Positions 41,022 to 51,948 are shown, counted from the first letter of the stretch. The stretch is 64,000 nucleotides of DNA from an uncultured Bacilli bacterium (GCA_934131005.1 CAKOYV010000004.1:37344-101343); one strand, 5' to 3'. The notes: generated by a model not told the origin, from the letters alone. Made by a program: numbers and translations.

Positions 41022-41930
41022 TCATTTACTATAATAATTTCTAACATCTTCTAACATATTCTCATTAAATTTTTTCTCTCTTATCATACTGATTTCAAAC
41101 TTATAAGGAGGATATGCTCTATTTTTTTTATTAATAACATCATCAACATAAGGCGTTTCCAAAATCTTTGGAATATTATTTAAACGTTCATTATAAATGA
41201 TATTAATTAAATTATCAAACCCAATAGTTCCATATCCTATATTTTCATGCCTATCCTTATGACTACCAATTTCATTTTTACTATCATTTATATGAATACA
41301 TTTTAGATAATCAAAACCTATAACTTTATCAAATTCTAAAATTACATCATCAAAATTTTGAAGATCATAACCAGCATCATTAATATGACAAGTATCTAAA
41401 CAAACACCAATTTTATCTTTATTCTTAATATTATCTATTATATATTTTATTTCTTCAAAACTACGTCCAACTTCAGTCCCTTTACCAGCCATTGTCTCAA
41501 GACAAATACAAACATCTAAATTATCATCAAGCACTATATTTAATCCTTTAATTATATTACTAATAGCATGATTTCTCTCCAAGCCAACACTTGAACCTGG
41601 ATGTAAAACTAATTTTGTCATACCTAAATCACAACATCTTCTTACCTCTTGTTTCAAAAAAGAAACACTAAAATCAAAATTTTTATCATTACAAAGATTT
41701 ATTATATAAGGAGCATGCACAATAACATCCTCTAACTTCATATTATTATCCTTCATCAATTGATAAGCTTTATACGTATACTCATCTTTTATTTGACCTC
41801 TTCTTGTATTTTGAGGAGCACCTGTATAAAACATAAAAGTATTAGCCCCATAACTAAGAGCTTCCTCAACACTACCAAGAAGCTGTGTATCACTTTTAAA
41901 AGAAACATGACTACCTATTATAAGACTCAT
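41022..41930 (-). CDS. nfo: Endonuclease IV (AP endonuclease)
   Basis: MSLIIGSHVS start. TIM-barrel AP endonuclease 2 motifs (HAPYIINL, VLHPGS). Confidence 0.88.
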   Translation of the reverse strand: MSLIIGSHVSFKSDTQLLGSVEEALSYGANTFMFYTGAPQNTRRGQIKDEYTYKAYQLMKDNNMKLEDVIVHAPYIINLCNDKNFDFSVSFLKQEVRRCCDLGMTKLVLHPGSSVGLERNHAISNIIKGLNIVLDDNLDVCICLETMAGKGTEVGRSFEEIKYIIDNIKNKDKIGVCLDTCHINDAGYDLQNFDDVILEFDKVIGFDYLKCIHINDSKNEIGSHKDRHENIGYGTIGFDNLINIIYNERLNNIPKILETPYVDDVINKKNRAYPPYKFEISMIREKKFNENMLEDVRNYYSK

Positions 41931-41973
41931 TATATCACCACTTTCTTATACATAAGTATAACACACAATAACA

Positions 41974-42525
41974 TTAAAATTCCACTTTAACATCCTCTCT
42001 TTTATAATCATCTGCCTCAAAGAAATCTTTTTTTCCCTTTTTCATAAGCATTACTATAATAGATGTAGGAAAACTAACAACGATTTGATTATAACAAGAT
42101 ATATTAGAATTATACATTCTCCTCGTAGCCTCTAATTCTTCCTCAACATTAACAATAGCTTTTTGTAAAAGTTGAAAATTACTATTTGCCTTCAAATCTG
42201 GATAATTTTCTACAACAACATTAATTTTTTCTACATTTCTATTCATTTTTTCATACTCTTGATTCATTTCTTTGATACTCATACCATTACGCAAGTTAAC
42301 AACTTCAAACATAGTGTCTTCTTCATGTTTAGTATAGCCTTTAACAGTAGCTATCATTTTTGTAAGAACATCATACCTCTTAGTAAGTGCAACATCAATA
42401 CTAGAATTTGCCTCATTTATTTTTACTTCTAATTTATTAATTTTATTTATTGTAGTAATATTCCAAACTATTAACACAACTACTACTAAAATAATCACCA
42501 TAATTGTCATATTCATCAAAATCAC
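41974..42525 (-). CDS. lemA: LemA family membrane protein
   Basis: N-terminal TM, then a LemA-like core (ALTKRYDVL..., YPDLKAN.NFQ.LQ). Confidence 0.8.
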   Translation of the reverse strand: MILMNMTIMVIILVVVVLIVWNITTINKINKLEVKINEANSSIDVALTKRYDVLTKMIATVKGYTKHEEDTMFEVVNLRNGMSIKEMNQEYEKMNRNVEKINVVVENYPDLKANSNFQLLQKAIVNVEEELEATRRMYNSNISCYNQIVVSFPTSIIVMLMKKGKKDFFEADDYKREDVKVEF

Positions 42526-43652
42526 TCCTTAAATAAATCATTATCTAAATTTAACAAATCAACAAAATTTGTTATTAATTTTATTTCGTTAAGTATTTCA
42601 TTAGAAACTCTATCTAGATTAATTTTTCTATACATATTAATTTCAAAAAGATCCTTATTATTTGAAATTCCAATATGTAACTTATTACCAGTAAAACAAA
42701 ATAAAATTTTCTTATTTATTTTACTTTTTAACTCCATAATATTATTAATCATAGAAGGAGTCATAATATAAAATGCCTCATAATCATTCATAGCATAAAC
42801 AGAAAAAATTTTATTAAATCGACTATCTTCAAATTCTATTTTGCTCATAGAAGTATTAAAATTAGTACCACCAATCACTGCTTGTCGAAAACCTTTTTCA
42901 ATAATTTGCATACTTCTTTTAAAACGTTTATTAAAATTAAAAATTAACCATTGTCCTTTGAATAAAGTTACATAATATTTTTCTACTCTAGTTGTATCAT
43001 TCTTTTCATCTCTTACTACATTTTCTCTCTCTTCTTCCATAAAAACATCGGAAAATTCAAATTCAACATTTTTGTATTTTGCTCTAATATAATCATTAGA
43101 TTCAAAATTATCAGGTGCTGGAAATATACAAGTTCCGCCAATAATGCCTTCTCTAATTCCATCACCAGGTTGATAAAAAACATTTTGAAAAACACTATTA
43201 AAAATACTCGAAACAATTTCATTTTTATAATCTAAATTAAGTTTTTTTATTTTCTTTCCGAAGAAAAAATTAGCTATTTCACTACCTAAAAGTAATGAAA
43301 TACCAGCTCCCCATAACGCTCCTGCAATTACAATCGTTATAGAATATCCACTATTATCAAAAACAAATATTGTAAAATAAATCCAAAATATAGCAAATCC
43401 AAAAAAAGGCAACATCACAATAATTTTTAATATTACTATATTTATTCTTCTTTTCTCAAGACGAAGAATATTATCTTTATCATAATTAATTTCTACTATA
43501 TCATCACTACTATCTACATTTGAAGTACTCTCTTGTAAAACAGTTGGAACGCTTTGCTGTTCTAACTCTTCTGACTTTATATCTTCAAATCCTATATTAT
43601 CAAAAGGATTAGTATTATCTAACTCCAATTGCCTATTATCATTTTCTTTCAT
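42522..43652 (-). CDS. Membrane protein, possibly DUF3137-type LemA partner
   Basis: Two TM helices followed by a soluble domain. 4-nt overlap with lemA. Confidence 0.45.
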   Translation of the reverse strand: MKENDNRQLELDNTNPFDNIGFEDIKSEELEQQSVPTVLQESTSNVDSSDDIVEINYDKDNILRLEKRRINIVILKIIVMLPFFGFAIFWIYFTIFVFDNSGYSITIVIAGALWGAGISLLLGSEIANFFFGKKIKKLNLDYKNEIVSSIFNSVFQNVFYQPGDGIREGIIGGTCIFPAPDNFESNDYIRAKYKNVEFEFSDVFMEEERENVVRDEKNDTTRVEKYYVTLFKGQWLIFNFNKRFKRSMQIIEKGFRQAVIGGTNFNTSMSKIEFEDSRFNKIFSVYAMNDYEAFYIMTPSMINNIMELKSKINKKILFCFTGNKLHIGISNNKDLFEINMYRKINLDRVSNEILNEIKLITNFVDLLNLDNDLFKE

Positions 43653-43727
43653 ATCAAATCTATAACTTTCTATAATATACTAATTTATTTTTCTATAAAA
43701 AAAGAATTATAATTATATAACCCTTTA

Positions 43728-44324
43728 TTACCAACTTTTTGTTCCATCACTACAAGCAAACATAGTACCCTGAGCAGCTGTAAAATTAAAAGTTGGCATA
43801 ATATCTTTAAAAGAGCTTACAGCAGTATTATTTTTTTTATAATTATCAACATAATAACTTCCACTCTTATTTGCAAACATACAAACAACAAACTTAGCAT
43901 CTGTAGCATTAAAATAAACAAATGAATCACTAACATCTGTTGCACCACTTGACAACTTCATACCCTCTGCTGTAGCATCTTGACCTGCATTCAATTGATA
44001 AGCTGATTTACTAATATTAAATGTGTTAGCTAACTTTGAAGATATATAGTAAGCTTGGGTAGATTGAAAATTATACCCTTTATTATTAAGTACATCACCA
44101 TAAACATTACTAGGAACACCATCTACTAAACTTTCTGTATACTTTTGATTAAACGCTTGAGAAATAGTTACCGCACTATCTTGCAATGATCCTCCTCTAG
44201 CTTTATTCATTGAACTTAAAACACTAGTCATTGCAATACCCATAACAACAGCAAGTATAACAACAACAGCCAATAATTCTATTAAAGTAAAACCTTTATT
44301 ATCTAATTTTCTTAATTTCATCAT
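43728..44324 (-). CDS. Type IV pilin (prepilin-type N-terminal cleavage/methylation domain)
   Basis: MMKLRKLDNKG|FTLIELLAVVVILAVVMGIA. C-terminal Cys pair (C...FACSDG) suggests a disulfide-bonded D-region. Confidence 0.8.
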   Translation of the reverse strand: MMKLRKLDNKGFTLIELLAVVVILAVVMGIAMTSVLSSMNKARGGSLQDSAVTISQAFNQKYTESLVDGVPSNVYGDVLNNKGYNFQSTQAYYISSKLANTFNISKSAYQLNAGQDATAEGMKLSSGATDVSDSFVYFNATDAKFVVCMFANKSGSYYVDNYKKNNTAVSSFKDIMPTFNFTAAQGTMFACSDGTKSW

Positions 44325-44421
44325 AAATATCCTCCTCTATTTTATAAAATAATAATAGCATTAAAAAAAATAATAGTCAATTATTTTCTATCATTTTTCT
44401 ATCTTTTTTACGCAAAAATTT

Positions 44422-44709
44422 TTATTTAGATTTCTTATTACTATATTTCTTCCTCTTAACAATACTATTAATAGTTTGATCGTAGAAAGTAATATTTTCA
44501 TCAATTTCTAAAGATAAACATTTAAACAAATAATCTTTTGTAACTCCTAAATCATCTAATATTCCAAAAAGCATATTATCATCACTATTTTTAAGTAATT
44601 TAAGAATTTCTTTTGAATAATTAATTTTAACTTGTCGTAGCATTTTCTTACCCTTTTCATTGTCCAATCTTTTCTTATACTCAATACCATAATTAATATC
44701 TTTATTCAT
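44422..44709 (-). CDS. Hypothetical protein (95 aa)
   Basis: ORF in an operon-like arrangement downstream of rsmD. Confidence 0.4.
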   Translation of the reverse strand: MNKDINYGIEYKKRLDNEKGKKMLRQVKINYSKEILKLLKNSDDNMLFGILDDLGVTKDYLFKCLSLEIDENITFYDQTINSIVKRKKYSNKKSK

Positions 44710-44711
44710 AT

Positions 44712-45482
44712 CTACTTCCTACCTCCCCTACCATCATTTTTAAGTTTACTAAAAATATTATTTTTAATTTCTCTATTAACATCAATTATATTCTTCTTCA
44801 TAACAGGATCCTTAATTTGTTCCTTAATAGCACAAAATTCATTTATAGTCTTCTGATTTCTTCTAATAGGTTCTTCCCTATCTTTACCTGAATTAGTAGA
44901 CTTCTTAACTCTAGCCATAATAACAAAAACAGTATCCTTATCCAAGTTTTTAAACATAATTCTAATTTTAAATGGCGTTATTTCTAATATTCCATTTAAT
45001 TTTTCATTACCAACAAAGGGTTTAAATTTAGCTTCTCCTCTTTCTAACATTTCCAAGCTCTCTAATACAACACTATAATATTCAAAAGGAATTGTTTTTA
45101 AATCCTTATCTAAATAAACATTACCACCATCACTAGTTGCAAAAACAAGATTTTTAGCTAAACATTTCTTAGAATCATTTAAAATATTTACATCAAGATG
45201 AGCTTCTTTCATTCTACTTAAACAAATATTCTTTTTAAATATGGTGCTTTCTAAATTTTCATTTATATAAGCCCAAACATCTTTATCATTCTCACCACTA
45301 AGCATTTCCTTCAATTCCACCATATAATTATCAATTTTTTCTAAAACACCATCCATAACTGGAAAAAAGGCAATATAATCACTTTTTGGCAAAGCATTTA
45401 ATATTTCTTGTTCATCAGTTAAATAAATAATAGTCCGAAAATATTGTTCTCTAAGTTCTTCTATATCTATATTATCATACAT
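44712..45482 (-). CDS. Hypothetical protein (256 aa)
   Basis: ORF immediately downstream of rsmD. Confidence 0.45.
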   Translation of the reverse strand: MYDNIDIEELREQYFRTIIYLTDEQEILNALPKSDYIAFFPVMDGVLEKIDNYMVELKEMLSGENDKDVWAYINENLESTIFKKNICLSRMKEAHLDVNILNDSKKCLAKNLVFATSDGGNVYLDKDLKTIPFEYYSVVLESLEMLERGEAKFKPFVGNEKLNGILEITPFKIRIMFKNLDKDTVFVIMARVKKSTNSGKDREEPIRRNQKTINEFCAIKEQIKDPVMKKNIIDVNREIKNNIFSKLKNDGRGGRK

Positions 45483-45491
45483 TATAACTTC

Positions 45492-46037
45492 CTACTTCCT
45501 AATATATACATATACATACTTATCACCATATCTCTTAGCCTTACGTAATGTATATAAACTATCATCTAATACTAGATTATCATACCTAAACTCAAGTACC
45601 AACACCCCATTACTATTGATCAAATCATATTTATCAATAATAGAAACTACGCTATTAATATTCTCATAATTATATGGAGGATCTATAAATATAACATCAA
45701 ATTTAACTCTCTTATCTCTAAACTCCTTCAAAGCATCTCTATAATCTTTATTAATAACACGCCCTCTATCTCTAACATTAAAATCATCTAAATTATCAGA
45801 AATACATCTAACACACTTCTTATTTTTATCTACAAAATAACACTCACGTGCCCCATTACTAATAGCCTCTATCCCTAAAGCCCCACTACCTGCAAACAAA
45901 TCCAAAACTAAACTATTAGGTATATAACTTTGTATACTACCAAAGACACTCTCTTTAACTCTATCCATAGTAGGTCTAGTACCATCTATATCAAACCCTT
46001 TAATACTACGTCCCTTCAAACTACCACTAATAACTCT
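45492..46037 (-). CDS. rsmD: 16S rRNA (guanine966-N2)-methyltransferase
   Basis: MRVISGSLKGR... start. DLFAGSGALG SAM motif. DPPY. Confidence 0.88.
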   Translation of the reverse strand, partial: RVISGSLKGRSIKGFDIDGTRPTMDRVKESVFGSIQSYIPNSLVLDLFAGSGALGIEAISNGARECYFVDKNKKCVRCISDNLDDFNVRDRGRVINKDYRDALKEFRDKRVKFDVIFIDPPYNYENINSVVSIIDKYDLINSNGVLVLEFRYDNLVLDDSLYTLRKAKRYGDKYVYVYIRK

Positions 46038-46345
46038 CATGAAACACCACCAGAACAACAACTCTTTGTATCAGTAAAAGATAAATACTTATGATTTATT
46101 TTCATAACAATATACATAAGTTTATTATAACAATCCATATACTTCTTATAATCAGGATAAGTATAAAGCTTCTTTCTTATCTCCATAATATAATAATCAT
46201 CACTACTATCTTGCCCCATCTTAATTAACTTCATAATCTCCCCATTAGCCATAATCTTCTCTTTACATAAACTAATATCCTTAATAATATCACTTTTCTC
46301 TATTTCATCAATAACTAAAAAAGTTTTCTCCATAACCTCATTCAT
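46037..46345 (-). CDS. YlbF/YmcA-family regulator-like protein (102 aa)
   Basis: Small helical protein upstream of rsmD. Position and size match ylbF. Sequence family assignment is from memory. Confidence 0.4.
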   Translation of the reverse strand: MNEVMEKTFLVIDEIEKSDIIKDISLCKEKIMANGEIMKLIKMGQDSSDDYYIMEIRKKLYTYPDYKKYMDCYNKLMYIVMKINHKYLSFTDTKSCCSGGVS

Positions 46346-46380
46346 CTATATCTTCCCCTCTTACTGTTATTATACACTAC

Positions 46381-46602
46381 TTATTTTAATACATCAAGAA
46401 AACTTTGTATCACTCCAATATTCTCAATTGTTCTATTTATTTTATCTTCTGGTGTTAATTTATATTTTACTTTCATATCTGAAACAAAATATCTAAAACT
46501 ATTACTATTACGATTAAGTTCTTTATACCAATATGAATTCTCTCTCAAAAATCTTTTTAAATTAATATCATTATTTATCTTATATTGCACATCATACATC
46601 AT
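46381..46602 (-). CDS. YlbE-like small protein (73 aa)
   Basis: FLRENSYWYKELNR resembles the YlbE core pattern. Synteny with rsmD. Confidence 0.4.
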   Translation of the reverse strand: MMYDVQYKINNDINLKRFLRENSYWYKELNRNSNSFRYFVSDMKVKYKLTPEDKINRTIENIGVIQSFLDVLK

Positions 46603-46604
46603 AA

Positions 46605-46994
46605 CTAGTCCTCAAACCTCCTATATAATGGCCTAGGATTATATCCCTTACCTCCGGCATTCTTACTAATAAACAAATCTCCAAATAAAGATAAAGTCTT
46701 CTGCAGTGAAGTAATACCTTCCTGCACTTTATCAATATCAACATTCTTAGCCATTTTAACTAAATCATCCAATTTAAAAGAACTACCTGAGCCACTATTA
46801 CTATTCTTACTACTTCTATCATTACTATCATCTAAATACTTATTCCAACTCTCCTGATCATCACCATACATATCAAACATCTCATAAAGCTCCTGCCAAC
46901 TCTTACTACCATTTTTAACATAACTAATCAAAAAAGGATTAGCACGAACAAACTCCTTAAAATCTACTATTTTACTATTAGACATATTAATCAC
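46605..46994 (-). CDS. YlbD-like putative coat protein (129 aa)
   Basis: FKEFVRANPFL...SWQELYE N-terminal block resembles YlbD. Conserved ylbD-ylbE-ylbF-rsmD order. Confidence 0.45.
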   Translation of the reverse strand: MINMSNSKIVDFKEFVRANPFLISYVKNGSKSWQELYEMFDMYGDDQESWNKYLDDSNDRSSKNSNSGSGSSFKLDDLVKMAKNVDIDKVQEGITSLQKTLSLFGDLFISKNAGGKGYNPRPLYRRFED

Positions 46995-47056
46995 CTTCTA
47001 TATAATTATATGCCCAAAGAAAAAAAAGAACATAAATTTTTAAAATATGTTCTAAA

Positions 47057-49219
47057 CTATTTAGTTCTCTCTACACTAAGAGTAAAAGGTAAATTATTAA
47101 GATCAACAATAAATTTATTAAGTGCCTCTAAATTAGATACCAATACTGTCAAACTATATATTTTATATTCACTCTTATTAATTGTTGAAACACTATCAAT
47201 TCCAATAGAATTATAACTAGCTCTTGTAATAATATCTAATAAATTATCACTAGTATTTGTATGAACAATAATATCTGTAAAATACTTCTTACCATCAGTA
47301 TTATTCCACTTAACCTTAACTAATCTATCATCAAGAGAAGTAATATTTCCACAAGTAATTCTATGAACAGTAATACCAGATCCTTTAGTAATATAACCTA
47401 TAATTTTATCACCTGGAATAGGTTTACAACAACCACTAAGATTAACTTTAACATCATCTAACCCCTCAACCAAAACATCATTTTTACTATTTTGTTTAAC
47501 TTTATTTACATTATTAATCTTAGCCTTCTCATTCCCCTCATCATTTCCCTTTAATACCCTAATAACAGATAAAGGAGAAATTTTACCAGAACCTATATTA
47601 ATATATAACTCATTAATATTCTGAACCTTAAGTTCATTCAAAATAAGTAAAACATTCTTATTAGAAAGTGACGAATTTATTGCCATATTATTTTTTCTAA
47701 GCTCACTATTAAGCATCTCTTGACCACGAGATAAATTATCATCTTTCTCTAACTTACTATAAAAAGATCTAATCTTATTCTTAGCATGACTAGTAACAAC
47801 AAAGTTAAGCCAATCCTTATTAGGCCCACGACTAGCTTTACTAGTATTAATTTTAATAATATCCCCCGTCTTCAAATGATAATCCAAAGGCACAATACTA
47901 TCATTAACAATTGCTCCAACAACAGAATTTCCAACCTCAGTATGAACCTTATAAGCAAAATCAACGGGCGTCGAATTACGAGGAAGCTCCAAAACATCAC
48001 CCTTAGGCGTATAAACATAAATAGAATCAGTCGTAAGTACATCTTGTTTTATACTATTAATAAATTCCTCAGGACTATCACTATCCTCATTAAGCTCCAT
48101 AATACTTCTAAATATCTGCAACTTAGCCTCCATAGAATCCTTAACAGTCTTAACACTAGCCCCACGAGCTTTATAAGTCCAATGTGATGCAATACCATAC
48201 TCAGCAATCTTATGCATCTCATAAGTCCTAATCTGAATCTCAAACAACTTTCCATAAGTTCCAAAAACAGTAGTATGAAGTGACTGATATAAATTAGTCT
48301 TAGGCATTGCAATATAATCCTTAAATCTATTAGGAACAGGCTTATACTTAGAATGAATAAGACCCAAAACCAAATAACATTCACTCTTCGTATTAACTAA
48401 AACACGAAGTGCCAAAATATCATAAATATCACTAAATTTCTTTCCCTTCTGCATCTTCTTATAAATACTATAAATACTCTTACTACGTCCAAATATCTCA
48501 TGATGAATATTATGTTCAACCAACATATTAGAAACATCACTAAGCATACGAGCAACATCAGCATCCATCTCTGTCTTCTTAGCATTCAATTTCTCCAAAA
48601 TATCAAAATAAGCATCTGGCTTTAAATATCTAAGAGACAAATCCTCAAGCTCACTCTTAATCTTATTAATACCAAGCCTATCCGCAACCGGCGTCAATAT
48701 CTCTAAAGTCTCCCTAGCCTTCTTCTTCTGTCTCTCAAGAGGCATAACATACAATGTTCTCATATTATGAAGTCTATCTGCAAGCTTAATAATAATAACT
48801 CTAACATCCTCAGACAAACCAACCAAAATCTTCCTTTGATTAGCCGCCATCTGTTCTCCCGCATTCGAAAAATGCAATCTATTTATCTTCGTCACCCCAT
48901 CAACAAGAAGAGCAACCTCACTTCCAAAAAGTTCCGTAATTTCTTCTTTAGTACTATCAGTATCTTCAATAGTATCATGAAGAAGAGCCGCTGCCATACA
49001 AGCTGCATCAGCATTAATATCCGTAAGAATCATAGCCACATTCAAAGGATGAGTAATATAATCATCTCCACTTATTCTCTTTACCCCAAAATGCTTCTTA
49101 TAAGCATAATCATAAGCCCTATTAACCAAGTCAATATCTTCAGGATCATTATCATACCTCTTAAACTCACTAATTAAATCATTAATAGTAATATCTCGCA
49201 TATCATCACTTCCATTCAT
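47057..49219 (-). CDS. relA: Bifunctional (p)ppGpp synthetase/hydrolase Rel
   Basis: HD hydrolase domain (HPLNVA...LLHDTIED). Synthetase domain (RSKSIYSIYKKM). TGS and ACT C-terminal domains. Confidence 0.93.
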   Translation of the reverse strand: MNGSDDMRDITINDLISEFKRYDNDPEDIDLVNRAYDYAYKKHFGVKRISGDDYITHPLNVAMILTDINADAACMAAALLHDTIEDTDSTKEEITELFGSEVALLVDGVTKINRLHFSNAGEQMAANQRKILVGLSEDVRVIIIKLADRLHNMRTLYVMPLERQKKKARETLEILTPVADRLGINKIKSELEDLSLRYLKPDAYFDILEKLNAKKTEMDADVARMLSDVSNMLVEHNIHHEIFGRSKSIYSIYKKMQKGKKFSDIYDILALRVLVNTKSECYLVLGLIHSKYKPVPNRFKDYIAMPKTNLYQSLHTTVFGTYGKLFEIQIRTYEMHKIAEYGIASHWTYKARGASVKTVKDSMEAKLQIFRSIMELNEDSDSPEEFINSIKQDVLTTDSIYVYTPKGDVLELPRNSTPVDFAYKVHTEVGNSVVGAIVNDSIVPLDYHLKTGDIIKINTSKASRGPNKDWLNFVVTSHAKNKIRSFYSKLEKDDNLSRGQEMLNSELRKNNMAINSSLSNKNVLLILNELKVQNINELYINIGSGKISPLSVIRVLKGNDEGNEKAKINNVNKVKQNSKNDVLVEGLDDVKVNLSGCCKPIPGDKIIGYITKGSGITVHRITCGNITSLDDRLVKVKWNNTDGKKYFTDIIVHTNTSDNLLDIITRASYNSIGIDSVSTINKSEYKIYSLTVLVSNLEALNKFIVDLNNLPFTLSVERTK

Positions 49220-49266
49220 AAATAAAATATTAAAACTTTTCTAAAATATTGTCAAGAAAAAAAGAG

Positions 49267-51666
49267 CTAGCAATTAACTCCTTTAATCTTAATTTCTTCA
49301 GGTCCATCATCTAAATCAACCTTATCCTTCTTAGGCTTATGCAAACTACGAGTCTCCAAAATTAACCATAACTGATTAGAAATATAAATAGAAGAATAAA
49401 CACCTGCTATAAATCCAACAAACAAAGCAATATTAAAGTTTACAATTTCATGAGCTCCCATTACCATCAAACAAATAACAGGAATAATAGTAGTTACTGT
49501 AGTCAAAATACTTCTAAAGAAAGTAATTCTAACACTATTATTAACTAACTCTACCAAATCTTCATCCTCTATAACTCTAACTGGTAAATTCTTCTTACTT
49601 CCCTTCTTCTTAGCATCCTTCTTACTCTTCTTAAACTCCATCTCCTTCTCATCACGCATCTTAATATAATTTTCACGAATCATATCAAAAGTAACTATTG
49701 TATCATTAATAGAGTATCCTATAATTGTAAGCATTGCCGCTATAAAAATTGTAGAAATTTCTAACTTAAATATACAGAAGAACAAAATAATTATCGTAAC
49801 ATCATGGAAAAGAGCTACTATTGCTGCAACAGCATAATTAAACTTAAATCTAAAGCTAACATACACCAAAATTCCCACTAAAGCTATCAAAACAGAATAA
49901 ATAGCATTTTTAACAAGCTCTTGCTTAACAACCTTACTAACAGTATAAATATTAGTATTAGTCTTATATTCCTTCTCTAAAGATTTAGATAGCTTCTTAA
50001 TCTGATTTTTATTCAAAACCTCATCAATTATTAAAGTAATATCAGACTTAGTCTCACTTTCCTTCTTAATTGTATAGCCAAATTTTTTCATATCATCTTC
50101 TAAACTCTTCATCTTAACTTTATCATTCAAATTAACTGTAACACTAGTTCCACCAGTAAAATCTACCCCTAAATTAGCTCCTCTATAAAGAGTTAAACAA
50201 AGTCCAACAATTATAACAATCAAAGTCCCTGTTAAGAAATATTTTCTATTTCTAACAAACTCCAATTTTTTAAATGGCACATTAATTTTATCACTCTTAT
50301 GAATTTTCTTTTTATTAACTCCAACAAACAAATTAGGCTTATCATCAAAAAATCCACTCTTAACAAACAAATATAATATAAATTTAATAAAGTATACCAT
50401 TACTAATACTGTAACAATAGTACTAATTATCAACATCGTAGCAAATCCCTTAACAGAACTCTCTCCAAAAATAAAGATAATAATTGCAACAATCATCGTC
50501 GTAATATTAGCATCTATAATACTAGAAAAAGATGATTTATTACCAATTTTAAAAGCCTCTTTTAAACTCTTACCAATTTTCAACTGATCTTTTATTCTCT
50601 CAAAACTAATAACATTAGCATCAACAGCCATTCCTATTCCAAGAAGCATCGCTGCTATACCAGGCAAAGTTAAAACACCATTAATCAAATAGAAAATCAA
50701 AAATGATAGTGCTGTATAAATAATAACTCCCATCGAAGCAATAAATCCAGCAAAATGATAAATACACACCATAAGTAAAATAACTAAACAAATACCAACA
50801 ATACCTGCCATCATCGTTTTATTTAAACTATTAGCCCCAAAAGAAGCCTCAACTGTACGAGAAGACACCTCAGAAAGTTTAGTAGGCAAAGCTCCTGAAT
50901 TAATAAGTTCAACCAAATTAGTAGCCTCTTTCTCCGTAAAGTTACCACTAATAATAACATCACTAGAAAAGCCCTCACTAACAGTTGCTGCACTTAAACA
51001 ATGAGAATCATTTAAACTACCACAATTTTCCTTCTCACTAGAATAACTATCACTATCTTCATCATAATCTAACCAAATAACAATAACATTATTCTCCTTC
51101 TTAGAAATCCTACTAGTAACATCATAAAAAGTATCTGTATCCTTAATTGATAAACTAACAGCAGGACGTCCCTTCTGATCTTTAGTAACCTTAGCATTTC
51201 CTCCCAATACATCACTAGTCATAAGTAGATGATCTGTAGAATCTCTAAAAGTTAATGAAGCCGTCGAAGCAAGTACTTCTCTAGCTTCCTCTTTATTTTT
51301 AATACCTGCTAATTTTACTCTAATCTTATCATCGCCCTCAATAGTAATCTCTGGCTCACTAACTCCTAAAATATCAATTCTCTTAACCAAAGATTGATAA
51401 GTATTATAAACCATATCACTATCAAGCTTAGTATTCTTCTTAATAGGAGAAACTTCATATAATACCTCAAATCCTCCTTGTAAATCTAATCCATAATTAG
51501 TCTTACTCAAAATAGGCCCTATAGATATTAAACAACCAATAATAATACATATACAAATACCTAATCCAGATAACATTCTCCCTATCTTATTCTTAAATCT
51601 ACAATAAAGTACAATACTAATTAAACAACAAGCAACTAGTATAACATAAATAATCCTTAAATCCAT
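49267..51666 (-). CDS. secDF: Protein-export membrane protein SecDF (fused)
   Basis: 799 aa with 12 TM helices. SecD and SecF periplasmic and TM blocks are fused, as in Bacillus. Confidence 0.9.
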   Translation of the reverse strand: MDLRIIYVILVACCLISIVLYCRFKNKIGRMLSGLGICICIIIGCLISIGPILSKTNYGLDLQGGFEVLYEVSPIKKNTKLDSDMVYNTYQSLVKRIDILGVSEPEITIEGDDKIRVKLAGIKNKEEAREVLASTASLTFRDSTDHLLMTSDVLGGNAKVTKDQKGRPAVSLSIKDTDTFYDVTSRISKKENNVIVIWLDYDEDSDSYSSEKENCGSLNDSHCLSAATVSEGFSSDVIISGNFTEKEATNLVELINSGALPTKLSEVSSRTVEASFGANSLNKTMMAGIVGICLVILLMVCIYHFAGFIASMGVIIYTALSFLIFYLINGVLTLPGIAAMLLGIGMAVDANVISFERIKDQLKIGKSLKEAFKIGNKSSFSSIIDANITTMIVAIIIFIFGESSVKGFATMLIISTIVTVLVMVYFIKFILYLFVKSGFFDDKPNLFVGVNKKKIHKSDKINVPFKKLEFVRNRKYFLTGTLIVIIVGLCLTLYRGANLGVDFTGGTSVTVNLNDKVKMKSLEDDMKKFGYTIKKESETKSDITLIIDEVLNKNQIKKLSKSLEKEYKTNTNIYTVSKVVKQELVKNAIYSVLIALVGILVYVSFRFKFNYAVAAIVALFHDVTIIILFFCIFKLEISTIFIAAMLTIIGYSINDTIVTFDMIRENYIKMRDEKEMEFKKSKKDAKKKGSKKNLPVRVIEDEDLVELVNNSVRITFFRSILTTVTTIIPVICLMVMGAHEIVNFNIALFVGFIAGVYSSIYISNQLWLILETRSLHKPKKDKVDLDDGPEEIKIKGVNC

Positions 51667-51678
51667 AACATTCTCCCT

Positions 51679-51948
51679 CTAACTATTATTACTCTTAACA
51701 TAAATATCTATATCTTTATTATCAACATGAATTATATCATTAACCATATCTGAAATAGTTAAATCAACACTACTACGCCATTTATTAACTTTCAAATAAT
51801 TCCAAATATCCATCCTCTTAATATTATCATAGCCACTCCCTTTAATTAATCTCATTTTAACATTAAGAGCCGGAATTAAATTTCTATATAACTCCTCCTG
51901 ACTTCTATATTCATACATATTTATCACCACAAAACAATTATACAACAA
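51679..51948 (-). CDS. comN: ComN/YrzD-like post-transcriptional regulator (89 aa)
   Basis: Small protein immediately upstream of secDF, as in B. subtilis (comN-secDF). Assignment is mainly positional. Confidence 0.45.
   Translation of the reverse strand: MLYNCFVVINMYEYRSQEELYRNLIPALNVKMRLIKGSGYDNIKRMDIWNYLKVNKWRSSVDLTISDMVNDIIHVDNKDIDIYVKSNNS

Noticed and set aside
48049-48585. Small minus-strand and plus-strand ORFs inside relA (47786..48187, 48049..48384, 48397..48585, 48767..49177)
   Set aside because: Alternate frames of a conserved 720-aa Rel protein.
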